NCBI GenBank assembly: GCA_963695705.1
Contig: CAVOHB010000001.1
Span: 87,324 to 151,323, forward strand
Length of the DNA: 64,000 nucleotides
Source: an uncultured Actinomycetota bacterium
GTDB lineage: Bacteria > Actinomycetota > Actinomycetes > Propionibacteriales > Nocardioidaceae
Direction of reading: 5' to 3'
Below are positions 1 to 10,117 of the stretch, piece after piece. The first letter of the stretch is position 1. Every line of letters starts with the position of its first letter. Under the pieces are notes generated by a model, which did no database searches, had not been told where the DNA came from, and saw only the letters and a program-made list of their open reading frames with translations. The position numbers and the translations under genes were made by a program.

Positions 1-1397
<1,397 letters not shown>

Positions 1398-1507
1398 TCA
1401 CATGGCTTCGCCCCGGAGACCCGAGCGGGTCGCCCGGGGCGATGCCAGACGTTCGAAACGGTGTCGGCGCGGCTGATCAGTGCCAGCGACGCCGATCTGG
1501 ATTAGAT

Positions 1508-1804
1508 CTACTTGTCGACGACGGCGAGGATGTCACGCGCGGAGAGGATGAGGTATTCCTCGCCGCTGTACTTCACCTCGGTGCCGCCGTACTTGCTGTA
1601 AATAACGGTGTCACCAACGGTGACGTCGAGTGGGACGCGGTTACCGTTGTCATCGACGCGGCCCGGGCCGATCGCCAGGACTTCGCCCTCCTGGGGCTTC
1701 TCCTTGGCGGTGTCCGGGATGACCAGGCCTGAGGCCGTGGTCTCCTCTGCTTCGAGCGTCTTGACGACGATCCGGTCTTCGAGCGGTTTGATGCTGACCG
1801 ACAC
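1508..1804 (-). CDS. groES: co-chaperonin GroES
   Basis: 98-aa [52 protein letters not shown], canonical Cpn10, immediately upstream of groEL. Confidence 0.97.
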   Translation of the reverse strand: MSVSIKPLEDRIVVKTLEAEETTASGLVIPDTAKEKPQEGEVLAIGPGRVDDNGNRVPLDVTVGDTVIYSKYGGTEVKYSGEEYLILSARDILAVVDK

Positions 1805-1914
1805 TTGCCGACCTCCCCTTTCACGGGACGAAGAGGTGTCACATTGAGTACGTTGGGTGCTGCGAGCTGCTCACGTCGTCGCGGTGCCGTGGGCAAATCG
1901 CGGGCCCCTGCTGG

Positions 1915-1941
1915 TTAGCACCCCCAGGTTGAGAGTGCTAA
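1915..1941 (-). promoter_or_regulatory. CIRCE operator 1 (HrcA binding site)
   Basis: TTAGCACCC-N9-GAGTGCTAA versus the consensus TTAGCACTC-N9-GAGTGCTAA, about 110 nt upstream of the groES start. Confidence 0.9.
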
Positions 1942-1945
1942 GAGG

Positions 1946-1974
1946 AATCTATGCCGTGATTAGCACTCGGTCAA
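1946..1974 (-). promoter_or_regulatory. predicted groES promoter (-35 TTGACC, 17-nt spacer, -10 TAGATT)
   Basis: On the minus strand, TTGACC (1969-1974) lies in the CIRCE-2 spacer and TAGATT (1946-1951) lies between the two CIRCE elements. Hexamer match only. Confidence 0.5.
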
Positions 1975-1986
1975 CCTGAGTGCCAG
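1960..1986 (-). promoter_or_regulatory. CIRCE operator 2 (HrcA binding site, imperfect right arm)
   Basis: TTAGCACTC-N9-GAGTGCCAG, 18 nt from CIRCE-1. Confidence 0.8.
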
Positions 1987-2035
1987 ATCGCCGGGACTCA
2001 ACCGGGCTGCGACGTCACCCGACCACAATGGCCGC

Positions 2036-3229
2036 ATGGACCTGGACACCCTCGCGGCGCTGCGCAGCGAGTCCGGCCAGGCGCTCCTCGACGCGGTCGA
2101 CCGTGCGTACGACGGGCACAACGCGCTGGCCGTCTCGGCGTCGCTCCGGACCGCCAACCAACCGGAGGTCGTGGCGGCCGCGCTGACCCAGGTGGACCTC
2201 CGGCGACGTGCGGCGGTGAAGTTCGGCGAGCGTGCCTCGCTGATGTTCTTCACCCGCGACGCGCTCGAACAGGCCACCCGGCAGACGGTCGCCGCGCACC
2301 GGGCGTCGCGGCTGACGCGGCTCGTCGGGGCCGGCGGCGCCGGCGGCACGGCGATCGACCTGGGCTGCGGCATCGGCGGGGACCTGATCGCCCTGCGGAC
2401 CGCCGGGGTCGAGGCTGCCGGGATCGAGCTCGACCCGCTCCGCGCGGCGATCGCGCGGGCCAACCTCGCGGCACTCGAACTGGGCGGCTCGGTAACGACC
2501 GGCGACGCGACCACGGCTCGCCTCGACGGCTTCGACGTGGCCTACGCCGACCCGACCCGCAGACGCGGCGAGCGGCGCGTCTTCGACCCCGCCGGCTTCA
2601 CCCCGCCGTGGCCGTTCGTCGAGACGCTGCTGCGGCGCCGCTCGGTGGTGAAGACGGCGCCTGGGATCCCGCACGAGATGGTCCCCGAGGGGGTCGAGGC
2701 TGAGTGGGTCAGCGACGGGTCCGGCGTCAAGGAGACGGCGCTGTGGTCGCCCGGGCTGGCCACGGCGCGCCGCCGGGCGACGCTGCTGCCCGGGCGAGCC
2801 TCGCTGTCCGACGAGGACGACCCTGGACGCGTCGACGTGCTCCCACCCGGGGGTTTCCTCTACGAGCCGGCCGGTGCCGTGATCCGGGCCGGCCTGGTCG
2901 GGGCCGTCGCCGTGATCGTGCACGGCGGCCTGCTCGACGCGCGGATCGCCTACGTCACCTCGGGCTCGGCCGTCCCGACACCGTTCGCCCGCTGCTACCG
3001 GGTGCTGGACGTGCTGCCGTACCAGGAGAAGCGTCTGCGCGCCGCGCTGACGACACGTGGGGTCGGCCCGCTCACGATCAAGAAGCGGGGGGTCGACATC
3101 GTTCCAGAGGTGCTGCGCAGGCGGCTGGCGCTGCGCGGCGACGCGCCGGCGACGATCGTCCTGACCCGCGCCGCCGGCCGGGCGATCGTGCTGCTCGTCG
3201 ATCCGGTGCTCCCGACCAACCGCAACTGA
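2036..3229 (+). CDS. class I SAM-dependent methyltransferase with C-terminal THUMP-like region
   Basis: 397-aa ORF with SAM motif I (AIDLGCGIGGD), followed by DVAYADP. Divergent from groES. Confidence 0.8.
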   Translation: MDLDTLAALRSESGQALLDAVDRAYDGHNALAVSASLRTANQPEVVAAALTQVDLRRRAAVKFGERASLMFFTRDALEQATRQTVAAHRASRLTRLVGAGGAGGTAIDLGCGIGGDLIALRTAGVEAAGIELDPLRAAIARANLAALELGGSVTTGDATTARLDGFDVAYADPTRRRGERRVFDPAGFTPPWPFVETLLRRRSVVKTAPGIPHEMVPEGVEAEWVSDGSGVKETALWSPGLATARRRATLLPGRASLSDEDDPGRVDVLPPGGFLYEPAGAVIRAGLVGAVAVIVHGGLLDARIAYVTSGSAVPTPFARCYRVLDVLPYQEKRLRAALTTRGVGPLTIKKRGVDIVPEVLRRRLALRGDAPATIVLTRAAGRAIVLLVDPVLPTNRN

Positions 3230-3274
3230 CTCGCCGACCTGGCGGAGGGGCCGGTCGCAGCGGGATGGGTCCGG

Positions 3275-4360
3275 TCACACGACCACCGTCGTCAGCGGCA
3301 GCGAGGAGTCCGCGGACAGGCCGGGCCCGGAGGCGGGCCGGCCGCGGGCGAGCAGCTCGGCGCCCAGCGCGGCCACCATGGCGCCGTTGTCGGTGCACAG
3401 CCTGGGGCTCGGCACCCGCAGCTGGACCCCGGCCGCCGCCGCCCGATCGGCGGCCATCGACCGCAGCCTGCTGTTCGCCGCCACCCCGCCGCCGATCAGC
3501 AGATGGCTCACGCCGTGCTCGCGGCAGGCGTCGACCGCCTTCCTGGTCAGGACGTCGCAGACCGCCTCCTGGAAGGACGCGGCCACATCCTCCACAGGTA
3601 CGGGCTCACCGTCGCGCTCCCGCGACTCCACCCACCGCGCCACCGCGGTCTTCAGGCCCGAGAACGAGAAGTCGAACCGGTGCCGCTGCAGGTCGCGCGC
3701 CGAGGTCAGCCCGCGTGGGAAGGTCACGTACGCGGCGTCCCCGCCGGTGGCCGCCCGGTCGATGTAGGGCCCGCCGGGGAACGGCAGCCCGAGCACGCGG
3801 GCGACCTTGTCGAACGCCTCCCCCGCCGCGTCGTCCAGCGTCGAGCCCATCGGGTCGCAACCGAGAGTCACGTCGTCGACCAGCAGCAGGCTCGAGTGCC
3901 CGCCGCTGACCAGCAGGGCGACGCACGGCTCCGGCAGCCGGCCGTGTTCGAGCTGGTCGACGGCGACGTGTGCGGCCAGGTGGTTGACCCCGAAGACCGG
4001 CTTGTCCAGACCCAGCGCCAAGGCCTTCGCCGCCGCGACCCCGACCAGCAGTGCGCCGACCAGACCGGGCCCGCTGGTGACCGCAACCGCATCGATGTCG
4101 GCGAGGCCGACACCCGCCTGCGTGCAGGCCCGACCGATGGTCGGCACCATCGCCTCGAGATGGGCCCGGCTGGCCACTTCCGGTACGACGCCCCCGAAGC
4201 GCGCGTGCTCCTCGACGCTGGAGGCGACGGCGTCGGCGAGCAGCGTCGTGCCGTGGACGATCCCGACCCCGGTCTCGTCGCAGGACGTCTCGATGCCGAG
4301 GACGAGCGGCTCGTCGCGGCGCCGGGCTGCGGGCGCGTGCGGAGTGGTCACGTCAGCCAT
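3275..4360 (-). CDS. tsaD: tRNA N6-adenosine threonylcarbamoyltransferase TsaD
   Basis: 361 aa with N-terminal [15 protein letters not shown], Kae1/TsaD family. Last gene of the tsaE-tsaB-rimI-tsaD cluster. Confidence 0.95.
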   Translation of the reverse strand: MADVTTPHAPAARRRDEPLVLGIETSCDETGVGIVHGTTLLADAVASSVEEHARFGGVVPEVASRAHLEAMVPTIGRACTQAGVGLADIDAVAVTSGPGLVGALLVGVAAAKALALGLDKPVFGVNHLAAHVAVDQLEHGRLPEPCVALLVSGGHSSLLLVDDVTLGCDPMGSTLDDAAGEAFDKVARVLGLPFPGGPYIDRAATGGDAAYVTFPRGLTSARDLQRHRFDFSFSGLKTAVARWVESRERDGEPVPVEDVAASFQEAVCDVLTRKAVDACREHGVSHLLIGGGVAANSRLRSMAADRAAAAGVQLRVPSPRLCTDNGAMVAALGAELLARGRPASGPGLSADSSLPLTTVVV

Positions 4361-4832
4361 TCTCGCTGGCGGGTCCGTCCCGCGGCCACGGGCGGAGCTC
4401 GAGTCCGAGTACGAGGGCGTCGGCGTGGGACCGGTAGTACGCGCGGCGTCTCGACAGCTCGGAGAAACCGCGGCTCAGGTACAGCTCCCGCGCCGCGGTG
4501 TTGGTGTCGGCGACCTCGAGCAGCAGCCGGTCGCATCCGTCACCGCGCACCCGCTCCACCACTGCGTCGAGCAGTGCCGTCCCGACCCGACGCCGTCGCG
4601 AGTGGGCGACGACGGCGATCCGGTCCAGGTCGGCGGTGCCGCCGGCCATAGTCGCGAAGGCGTAACCGACACACTCCTCCGCCTCGAGCGCGACCACGCC
4701 GACCCCGGTGCCCGGGTCCCGGGCCAGCTCGAGCGCAACGGTGGCGACCGACCAGGCGTCGACGCCGAACAGCTCCTGCTCCAGTGAGCAGACCGCATCC
4801 AGATCCCGCGGCCGTGCGGCGCGCAGCCTCAC
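4353..4832 (-). CDS. rimI: ribosomal-protein-alanine N-acetyltransferase RimI (GNAT)
   Basis: C-terminal 159 aa of ORF 4353..5684 with GNAT motif A ([17 protein letters not shown]). The GTG at 4830-4832 overlaps the tsaB TGA (GTGA). The upstream part of that ORF is an out-of-frame shadow of tsaB. Confidence 0.85.
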   Translation of the reverse strand: MRLRAARPRDLDAVCSLEQELFGVDAWSVATVALELARDPGTGVGVVALEAEECVGYAFATMAGGTADLDRIAVVAHSRRRRVGTALLDAVVERVRGDGCDRLLLEVADTNTAARELYLSRGFSELSRRRAYYRSHADALVLGLELRPWPRDGPASENG

Positions 4833-5458
4833 AGCGCGGACTTGGGTGGGTGCGGGGCGGCGATGTCGGGCCGTCGCAGGTACCACGGCTCCGGGTCGAC
4901 GCAGGTGATGCTCCCCGCGCCGACATGGGACGCCATCACCGCGGCGGACGGGTGCCGTGGTCGGACGGCGTTCGGGAAGTCCGCCGGGTAGAGCTCCGCG
5001 CCGACACCCGCGACCGGGAGGGAGGTCGCGACGTCCGCGGCCCTGGAGACATGCGGGCCGTCGATGCGCGTATGCGTGTCGGCGTACGAAGCCCAGTAGA
5101 CCTCCCGGCGCCGCGCGTCGGTGGCGACCCGGAAGGGTCCGCGCAGGTCGACCTCCGCAGCGAGCACGTCGAGGGTGCACACGCCGCGTACCGGCAGCCC
5201 GAGCACCATCCCGAGGGTTCGCGCGGTGACCAGCCCGACGCGCAGGCCGGTGAAAGGGCCAGGTCCGACACCCACGACGATGTCGGTGAGCTCGGACCGG
5301 GAGGCACCCGCCTGCTGCAGAACCTGGGCGATCGACGGGACGAGCGCCTCGGCGTGCCGCACCGCGCCCTCGGCGTTGGCTTCGGCGAGGACCGAACGGC
5401 CGTCGTGCAACGCGACCGTCACGACCGCGGTGGCCGTGTCGAATGCGAGCAGCAGCAC
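4829..5458 (-). CDS. tsaB: tRNA threonylcarbamoyladenosine biosynthesis protein TsaB
   Basis: 209 aa, MLLLAFDTATAVVTVAL and GVGPGPFTGLRVG motifs of TsaB/YeaZ. Confidence 0.93.
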   Translation of the reverse strand: MLLLAFDTATAVVTVALHDGRSVLAEANAEGAVRHAEALVPSIAQVLQQAGASRSELTDIVVGVGPGPFTGLRVGLVTARTLGMVLGLPVRGVCTLDVLAAEVDLRGPFRVATDARRREVYWASYADTHTRIDGPHVSRAADVATSLPVAGVGAELYPADFPNAVRPRHPSAAVMASHVGAGSITCVDPEPWYLRRPDIAAPHPPKSAL

Positions 5459-5476
5459 GCCATGCAGCGTACGACG

Positions 5477-6448
5477 TCAGTGGCCGCGACCCGGTGCTCC
5501 AGATGTGGTCGCGGGGCCCGGTCGTAGCATCGGTCGGAGGGCCGCGCCCACCCACCGAAGGCCGACCGGCACGATCCGCACCGTGCGCACCTCGTCGTGG
5601 TCGGCGTCGGTGTGGCCGGGCGAACGGCTGATCGACACCTCGAGCCGGTCCTCCGACAGGCCCTCGGCCAGCCCACCCCCCCACTCGACCACCGTCACGG
5701 CGTCGCTCAGCGCTGTGTCCAGGTCGAGGTCGTCGAGTTCGGCCGCGCCGCCGAGGCGGTAGGCGTCGACATGCACGAGGGCCGGTCCGCCACCCAGGGA
5801 GGGATGCACCCGCGCGATGACGAACGTCGGTGAGGTGATGTCGCCCCGCACCCCCAGTCCGTCGCCGACACCCTGGGCGAGCGTGGTCTTCCCGGCCCCG
5901 AGCTCCCCGCTCAGCAGCACGACGTCGCCAGCGGTCAACGACTGGGCCAGCTGACGGCCCAGTCGCCTGGTGTCCGACGCCGACGGCGTGGTCACCTCGA
6001 ACGGCAGCGTCTTGGCGTACTCGATGTGCACGCCCGACTCGGCGGCGACCAGGTATCCGCGCCGCTCCCAGAACCGGCGGGTGGCGGGCAGCTCGGCGCG
6101 TGCGGCCAGACGTACGACGTCGGCGCCGCGGCGGTCGGCGACCTCTTCGGCCACCCCCACCAGAGCCGAGGCGACACCGCGTTGCTGGAACCTCGGATGC
6201 ACCGACACCCGGCGCAGCACGAGGCTGGTGTGACGGGCCCGGAACAGCAGCGCGCCGGCCGGCAGACCGTCGACCAGGGCCAGCAGCCCACCCTCCTCAT
6301 CGAGGGCCCGGGCCACGGAGTCGACCGACTCCTGCACGGCCGTGGACGGCGGGTCGAGCCGCTGCCGGGCGCCGAACGCCGCATGGATGACGTCGAGCAC
6401 GTCACCGGCGTGTTGCGGACCCACCTCGAGGACCTGCAGGTCGCTCAT
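5477..6448 (-). CDS. tsaE: GNAT acetyltransferase domain fused to t6A ATPase TsaE
   Basis: The ATG at 6446-6448 overlaps the upstream stop (ATGA). The N-terminal half has GNAT motif A (RRVSVHPRFQQRGVASALVG). The C-terminal half has the TsaE P-loop GELGAGKTTLAQG, then SPTF, HVDAYRL and VVEWG. Confidence 0.85.
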   Translation of the reverse strand: MSDLQVLEVGPQHAGDVLDVIHAAFGARQRLDPPSTAVQESVDSVARALDEEGGLLALVDGLPAGALLFRARHTSLVLRRVSVHPRFQQRGVASALVGVAEEVADRRGADVVRLAARAELPATRRFWERRGYLVAAESGVHIEYAKTLPFEVTTPSASDTRRLGRQLAQSLTAGDVVLLSGELGAGKTTLAQGVGDGLGVRGDITSPTFVIARVHPSLGGGPALVHVDAYRLGGAAELDDLDLDTALSDAVTVVEWGGGLAEGLSEDRLEVSISRSPGHTDADHDEVRTVRIVPVGLRWVGAALRPMLRPGPATTSGAPGRGH

Positions 6449-7557
6449 CGTGACGGCGTGCCCGAGGCGCGGGCGAGCAGGTCCCGCAGGCTCCGGTTCA
6501 CCTCGTCGTGCCGTTCGAGGATCACCATGTGGCCGGCGCCCTCGATCTCGCAGAACTCGGCGGTCGGCAGGCGTTCCGCCGTCTCGCGACTGTGCCGCAC
6601 CGGCGTCATCTTGTCCTGCGAGCCGCACAGGATGAGCGTCTCCACGTGGCTGAGGCTGACCAGGGCGGCAACCTTGTCGTAGCTGTCGAACCCGGGGAGG
6701 AAGTCCGCCACGACGTCGATGGGCGTCGACTGGAGCATCTGGTCGGTGAACTCGACGTAGGCGGCGGGTGCCCTCGTCCCGAAGGCGGTCCGCCTCGTCA
6801 CGGCGAAACCGAGCGCACCGCCGACTCGTCGGCCGGAGTCGACGACGGCCGGCGCCCGGGCGAGCAACGCGACCGTCGCGGGGGCCAGGACGTCGATGAA
6901 CCTGCCCGGCAGCCCGGGCAGGCCCAGGGTTAGGGCGCCGAGCCCCCCGACGCTGGTCGCGATCAGTGCCACCCCCGTGACCCGGCTTCGGAACATCTCT
7001 GGGTGCTGGTCGGCGAGCGCCATGATCGTCATGCCGCCCATCGAATGTCCCACCAGGACGACCGGGCCGGTGGGGGCGGTCGCGTCGAGCACGGCGAGCA
7101 GGTCGCGCCCGAGCTGGTCGATGTTCGCGTGGTCGCGGTCGGACCGCTCGGAGCGGCCGTGTGAGCGCTGGTCGTAGAAGACCTGCCGGTAGTCACCGCG
7201 CAGGTCGCGGCGCTGGAAGTGCCAGGACCTGAGGTTGAGCGCGTACCCGTGCACGAACACCACGGTCGGCCGGAGCGGCGGGTTGGCGGCTCCGTCAGCT
7301 CCAGCGGCTCCGGCTGCTCCGGCGGCTCCGGCGGCCGTGTCGACGTCGTCGACCTCGACGTGCAGCTTGAGGCCGTCCGCGGTGCGTACGGTCATCGGCT
7401 CCCCGTGGAGGGACCCGAGCGCGCTCAGCGCGCTCAGCTCGTGTGCGTCCAGACCGGAGCGCTTCACCACCGCCCGGGTCGTCACCCCCGCCGCCAGGAC
7501 GCCCATCGCGGCGCCGGCCAGGGCGGCGATCCTGCCCACCGACCGGCTCTGGCTCAT
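6445..7557 (-). CDS. alpha/beta hydrolase
   Basis: 370 aa from MSQSRSVGRIAALAG (predicted N-terminal TM or signal segment). It has the nucleophile elbow GHSMGG and a C-terminal GAGHMV. Both gene junctions are ATGA overlaps. Confidence 0.85.
   Translation of the reverse strand: MSQSRSVGRIAALAGAAMGVLAAGVTTRAVVKRSGLDAHELSALSALGSLHGEPMTVRTADGLKLHVEVDDVDTAAGAAGAAGAAGADGAANPPLRPTVVFVHGYALNLRSWHFQRRDLRGDYRQVFYDQRSHGRSERSDRDHANIDQLGRDLLAVLDATAPTGPVVLVGHSMGGMTIMALADQHPEMFRSRVTGVALIATSVGGLGALTLGLPGLPGRFIDVLAPATVALLARAPAVVDSGRRVGGALGFAVTRRTAFGTRAPAAYVEFTDQMLQSTPIDVVADFLPGFDSYDKVAALVSLSHVETLILCGSQDKMTPVRHSRETAERLPTAEFCEIEGAGHMVILERHDEVNRSLRDLLARASGTPSR
7298..7333 (-). repeat. 4 x 9-nt in-frame tandem repeat (AAG tripeptide repeats) inside the hydrolase gene
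   Basis: gctccagcg gctccggct gctccggcg gctccggcg, which encodes AAGAAGAAGAAG. Confidence 0.8.
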
Positions 7558-8729
7558 CGGGACACCACTCCTTGGTCCGCGCCGAGATACCGGCGTGGGA
7601 TCCGCGGCCCCAGCCGGGTGACGATCTCGTAGGAGATGGTGCCGGCCGCCTCGGCCCAGTCCTGGGCCGTCGGCTCCCCGTGCTCCCCGGTCCCGAACAG
7701 CACGGCCAGATCCCCCGCCTCGCAGCTGTCGTCGCCGAGGTCGACGACGAACTGGTCCATACAGACCCGGCCGGCGATCCGGTGCTGACGCCCCCCGAGG
7801 AGCACCGTCGCACGGTTGGAGGCGTGCCACGGGATCCCGTCGCCGTAGCCGAGTGGGATCAGCGCCAGGTTCGTCGGCTCGTCGGCGACGAAGGTGTGCC
7901 CGTAGGAGACGCCGTGGCCGGCATCGACCCGCTTCGCCATCACCACCCGGGCCTGCAGGGTCATCGCCGGGCGGAGTCCGAGGTCGGCGGACGTGGACAG
8001 GTCGGGGATCGGGGACAGGCCGTAGATCGCCAGGCCGGCACGCACCAGGTCGTACCACGTCGACTCGCGGGTCAGTAGCGCGGCGGAGTTGGCCAGATGC
8101 CGCACCTCCGGCCGCAGACCGGCAGCGTCGGCGACCTCGAGTGCCTCGACGAAGACACGTTCCTGGTCCGCCAGTGACGGATGGCCCGGCTCGTCGGCGG
8201 TCGCCAGATGCGACCAGATGCCGGTGATCGTGGCCAGACCGTCGGTCTCCGCCCGGCGCGCCGCGGCCACCAGCCCCGCCCAGTGGGCCGGCGGGCTACC
8301 GCCGCGGCCGAGGCCGGAGTCGACTTTGAGCTGCACGCGTGCGACCTGCCCGGTATCTCGGGCAGGTCCCAGGATCTCCGCGAGCTGGCTCTCCGAGTAC
8401 GCCGCGACGTCGATCCCGGAGCCGATGGCGGCCGCCCAGTCCTCGCCGGGAGCCGCCATCCAGGACAGGATCCGCCCGGTGTCTCCGGCGGCCCGCAGCG
8501 CGAGCGCCTCGTCGAGCACGGCGACCCCGAGCCACTCGGCCCCGCCGGCCCGGGCGGCCCCGGCGGCGGGCACCAGCCCGTGCCCGTAGGCATCCGCCTT
8601 GACCACGGCCATCACCGGCGCCCCGCCCATCCGGTGCCGCAGGACCGACACGTTGTCGGCGATCGCGCGAAGGTCTACCACGGCCTCCGCGCGCGGAACC
8701 GGCGCTGCCGCGCTCGAAGCCCCGGTCAT
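7554..8729 (-). CDS. alr: alanine racemase
   Basis: 391 aa from MTGASSAAAPVPRAEAVVDL with the PLP-lysine motif AVVKADAYGHG. The ATG overlaps the nnr stop (ATGA at 8726-8729). Confidence 0.93.
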   Translation of the reverse strand: MTGASSAAAPVPRAEAVVDLRAIADNVSVLRHRMGGAPVMAVVKADAYGHGLVPAAGAARAGGAEWLGVAVLDEALALRAAGDTGRILSWMAAPGEDWAAAIGSGIDVAAYSESQLAEILGPARDTGQVARVQLKVDSGLGRGGSPPAHWAGLVAAARRAETDGLATITGIWSHLATADEPGHPSLADQERVFVEALEVADAAGLRPEVRHLANSAALLTRESTWYDLVRAGLAIYGLSPIPDLSTSADLGLRPAMTLQARVVMAKRVDAGHGVSYGHTFVADEPTNLALIPLGYGDGIPWHASNRATVLLGGRQHRIAGRVCMDQFVVDLGDDSCEAGDLAVLFGTGEHGEPTAQDWAEAAGTISYEIVTRLGPRIPRRYLGADQGVVSR

Positions 8730-10117
8730 GGCCGCAGCGCGGCGATCACGCGAGGCACCGCCCCGGCCACGTCGGAGGCGGTGATCGGCCCTCCACCCGA
8801 TGCCATGGTGGCGGCCGCGCCGTGCAACCAGGCCCCCACGCTGCCCGCGTCGAACGGGTCGAGACCGGTGGCCAGCAACGAGCCGCACAACCCGGACAGG
8901 ACGTCACCGGCGCCCGCCGTCGCCAGCCACGGCACCCCCGTGGTGTTGACGCGAACCCGGCCGGCGGGGGTGGCCACCAGCGCCCGTGCCCCCTTGAGCA
9001 GCACCACGGCACCGAACCGGCGGGCGGCCTCCCTGGCGAAATGCAGCGGGCGGGCCTCGATGTCGGCCCGCGGCACGTCCAGCATCCGTCCCAGCTCCCC
9101 GGCGTGCGGCGTCAGCAGCGCCGGCTGGTCGAGTCGCGGCGGCAGCTGGGCCAGCCCGTCGGCGTCGACGACCATCGGGGTGCCGGACCCGATCGCCTGC
9201 TCGAGGGCCTCCGCGGCGGAGTCCCCGCTGCCGGACCCGACGACCCAGGCCTGCACCTGCCCGTCGCCGACGACGACCTCGGGGTGACGCGCGCGTACCA
9301 GGTCCTCCGCGCCGCCGACGTAGCGGACCATGCCCGCGCAGCCGGACAGTGCTCCCGACACGCAGAGCAGGGCGGCACCGGTATAGGCACGCGAACCCGC
9401 CCGGACGCCGACGACTCCGCGTGAGTACTTCTGGGCGTTGTGGTCGGGCACCTTCACCAGGTCGGCCACGTCGGCGGCCTGCAACGCCTCCACGGCCGCC
9501 GGCGGCAGCAGCGGACCGAGGCCGATGTCGACCACGTGCACGGCGCCGGCCGCGGTCGCGGCCGGGTCGACGAGCAGGGCGACCTTGTGGGTGCCGAAGG
9601 TCACGGTGACATCGGCCCTGACGTGCTCCGCCGGTGTCTCGCCGCTGTCGACGTCGACACCGCTGGGCAGGTCGACCGCCAGCACCGGGATCCGGTCGGA
9701 CCTCGCCCGGCGAACGAGCTCAGCCGCCGGGGGCCGCAGACCCGGCTGGCCACCGATGCCGACGACCGCGTTGACCACCAGGTCGATACGCTGCCAGCCC
9801 GGCACCTCGACCACCCTCCCCCCGGCCCGGTGATACTCTGCGCGACCGGCCGAGTGGGTGCGGTCGCCGGCCAGCAGGACAGCCTCGACACGGCACCCCC
9901 GCGCGGCCAGCTGAGCCCCGGCGAACAACGCGTCCCCGCCGTTGTCACCCGCGCCGACCAGCAGCAGTACGCGGGCGCCGTAGCCGGACCCGAGCAGGGC
10001 GAGGCACGCGTCGGCGAGCCCGCGGGCGGCGCGCTGCATCAGCGCTCCCGGCGCAAGCCGGGTCATCAGGGCGGCCTCGGCCGTCCGTACCTGATCGACC
10101 GTGTGGGCGGCGCGCAT
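8726..10117 (-). CDS. nnr: bifunctional NAD(P)H-hydrate epimerase/dehydratase (YjeF/Nnr)
   Basis: 463 aa from [15 protein letters not shown]. The N-terminal domain has VGAGDNGGDA and the C-terminal kinase-like domain has ATAGAGDVLSG. The start overlaps the acpS stop (TGATG). Confidence 0.88.
   Translation of the reverse strand: MRAAHTVDQVRTAEAALMTRLAPGALMQRAARGLADACLALLGSGYGARVLLLVGAGDNGGDALFAGAQLAARGCRVEAVLLAGDRTHSAGRAEYHRAGGRVVEVPGWQRIDLVVNAVVGIGGQPGLRPPAAELVRRARSDRIPVLAVDLPSGVDVDSGETPAEHVRADVTVTFGTHKVALLVDPAATAAGAVHVVDIGLGPLLPPAAVEALQAADVADLVKVPDHNAQKYSRGVVGVRAGSRAYTGAALLCVSGALSGCAGMVRYVGGAEDLVRARHPEVVVGDGQVQAWVVGSGSGDSAAEALEQAIGSGTPMVVDADGLAQLPPRLDQPALLTPHAGELGRMLDVPRADIEARPLHFAREAARRFGAVVLLKGARALVATPAGRVRVNTTGVPWLATAGAGDVLSGLCGSLLATGLDPFDAGSVGAWLHGAAATMASGGGPITASDVAGAVPRVIAALRP

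Noticed and set aside
2704-3909. Long Arg/Pro/Gly-rich ORFs (for example 2704..3909+, 20785..21537+, 40672..42684+, 47481..49253+, 49390..51654+, 55692..56606+, 56231..57337-, 58857..59849-) that overlap well-supported genes.
   Set aside because: They are typical high-GC shadow frames, antisense or out of frame to strongly conserved genes. Their composition is dominated by R/P/G/A, they have no recognisable motifs, and each is fully contained in a better-supported CDS.
4353-5684. Very long N-terminal extensions of ORF-track entries (4353..5684, 5477..6628, 6445..8058, 7554..8888, 8726..10603, 20093..21595, 26801..28144, 37076..38524, 38499..39164, 43142..43801, 60353..60742).
   Set aside because: The extensions run out of frame through the upstream gene or through a tRNA or leader, and they are Arg-rich junk. 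Family N-termini together with ATGA/GTGA/TGATG overlaps or Shine-Dalgarno-like sequences support the shorter starts given in the features.
6901-6922. Palindrome CCTGCCCGG-cagc-CCGGGCAGG, resembling the arms of the 18715-18754 element.
   Set aside because: It is generated by the in-frame peptide repeat GLPGLPG in the hydrolase. It shares only about 7-8 nt with the other palindrome and has different spacing.
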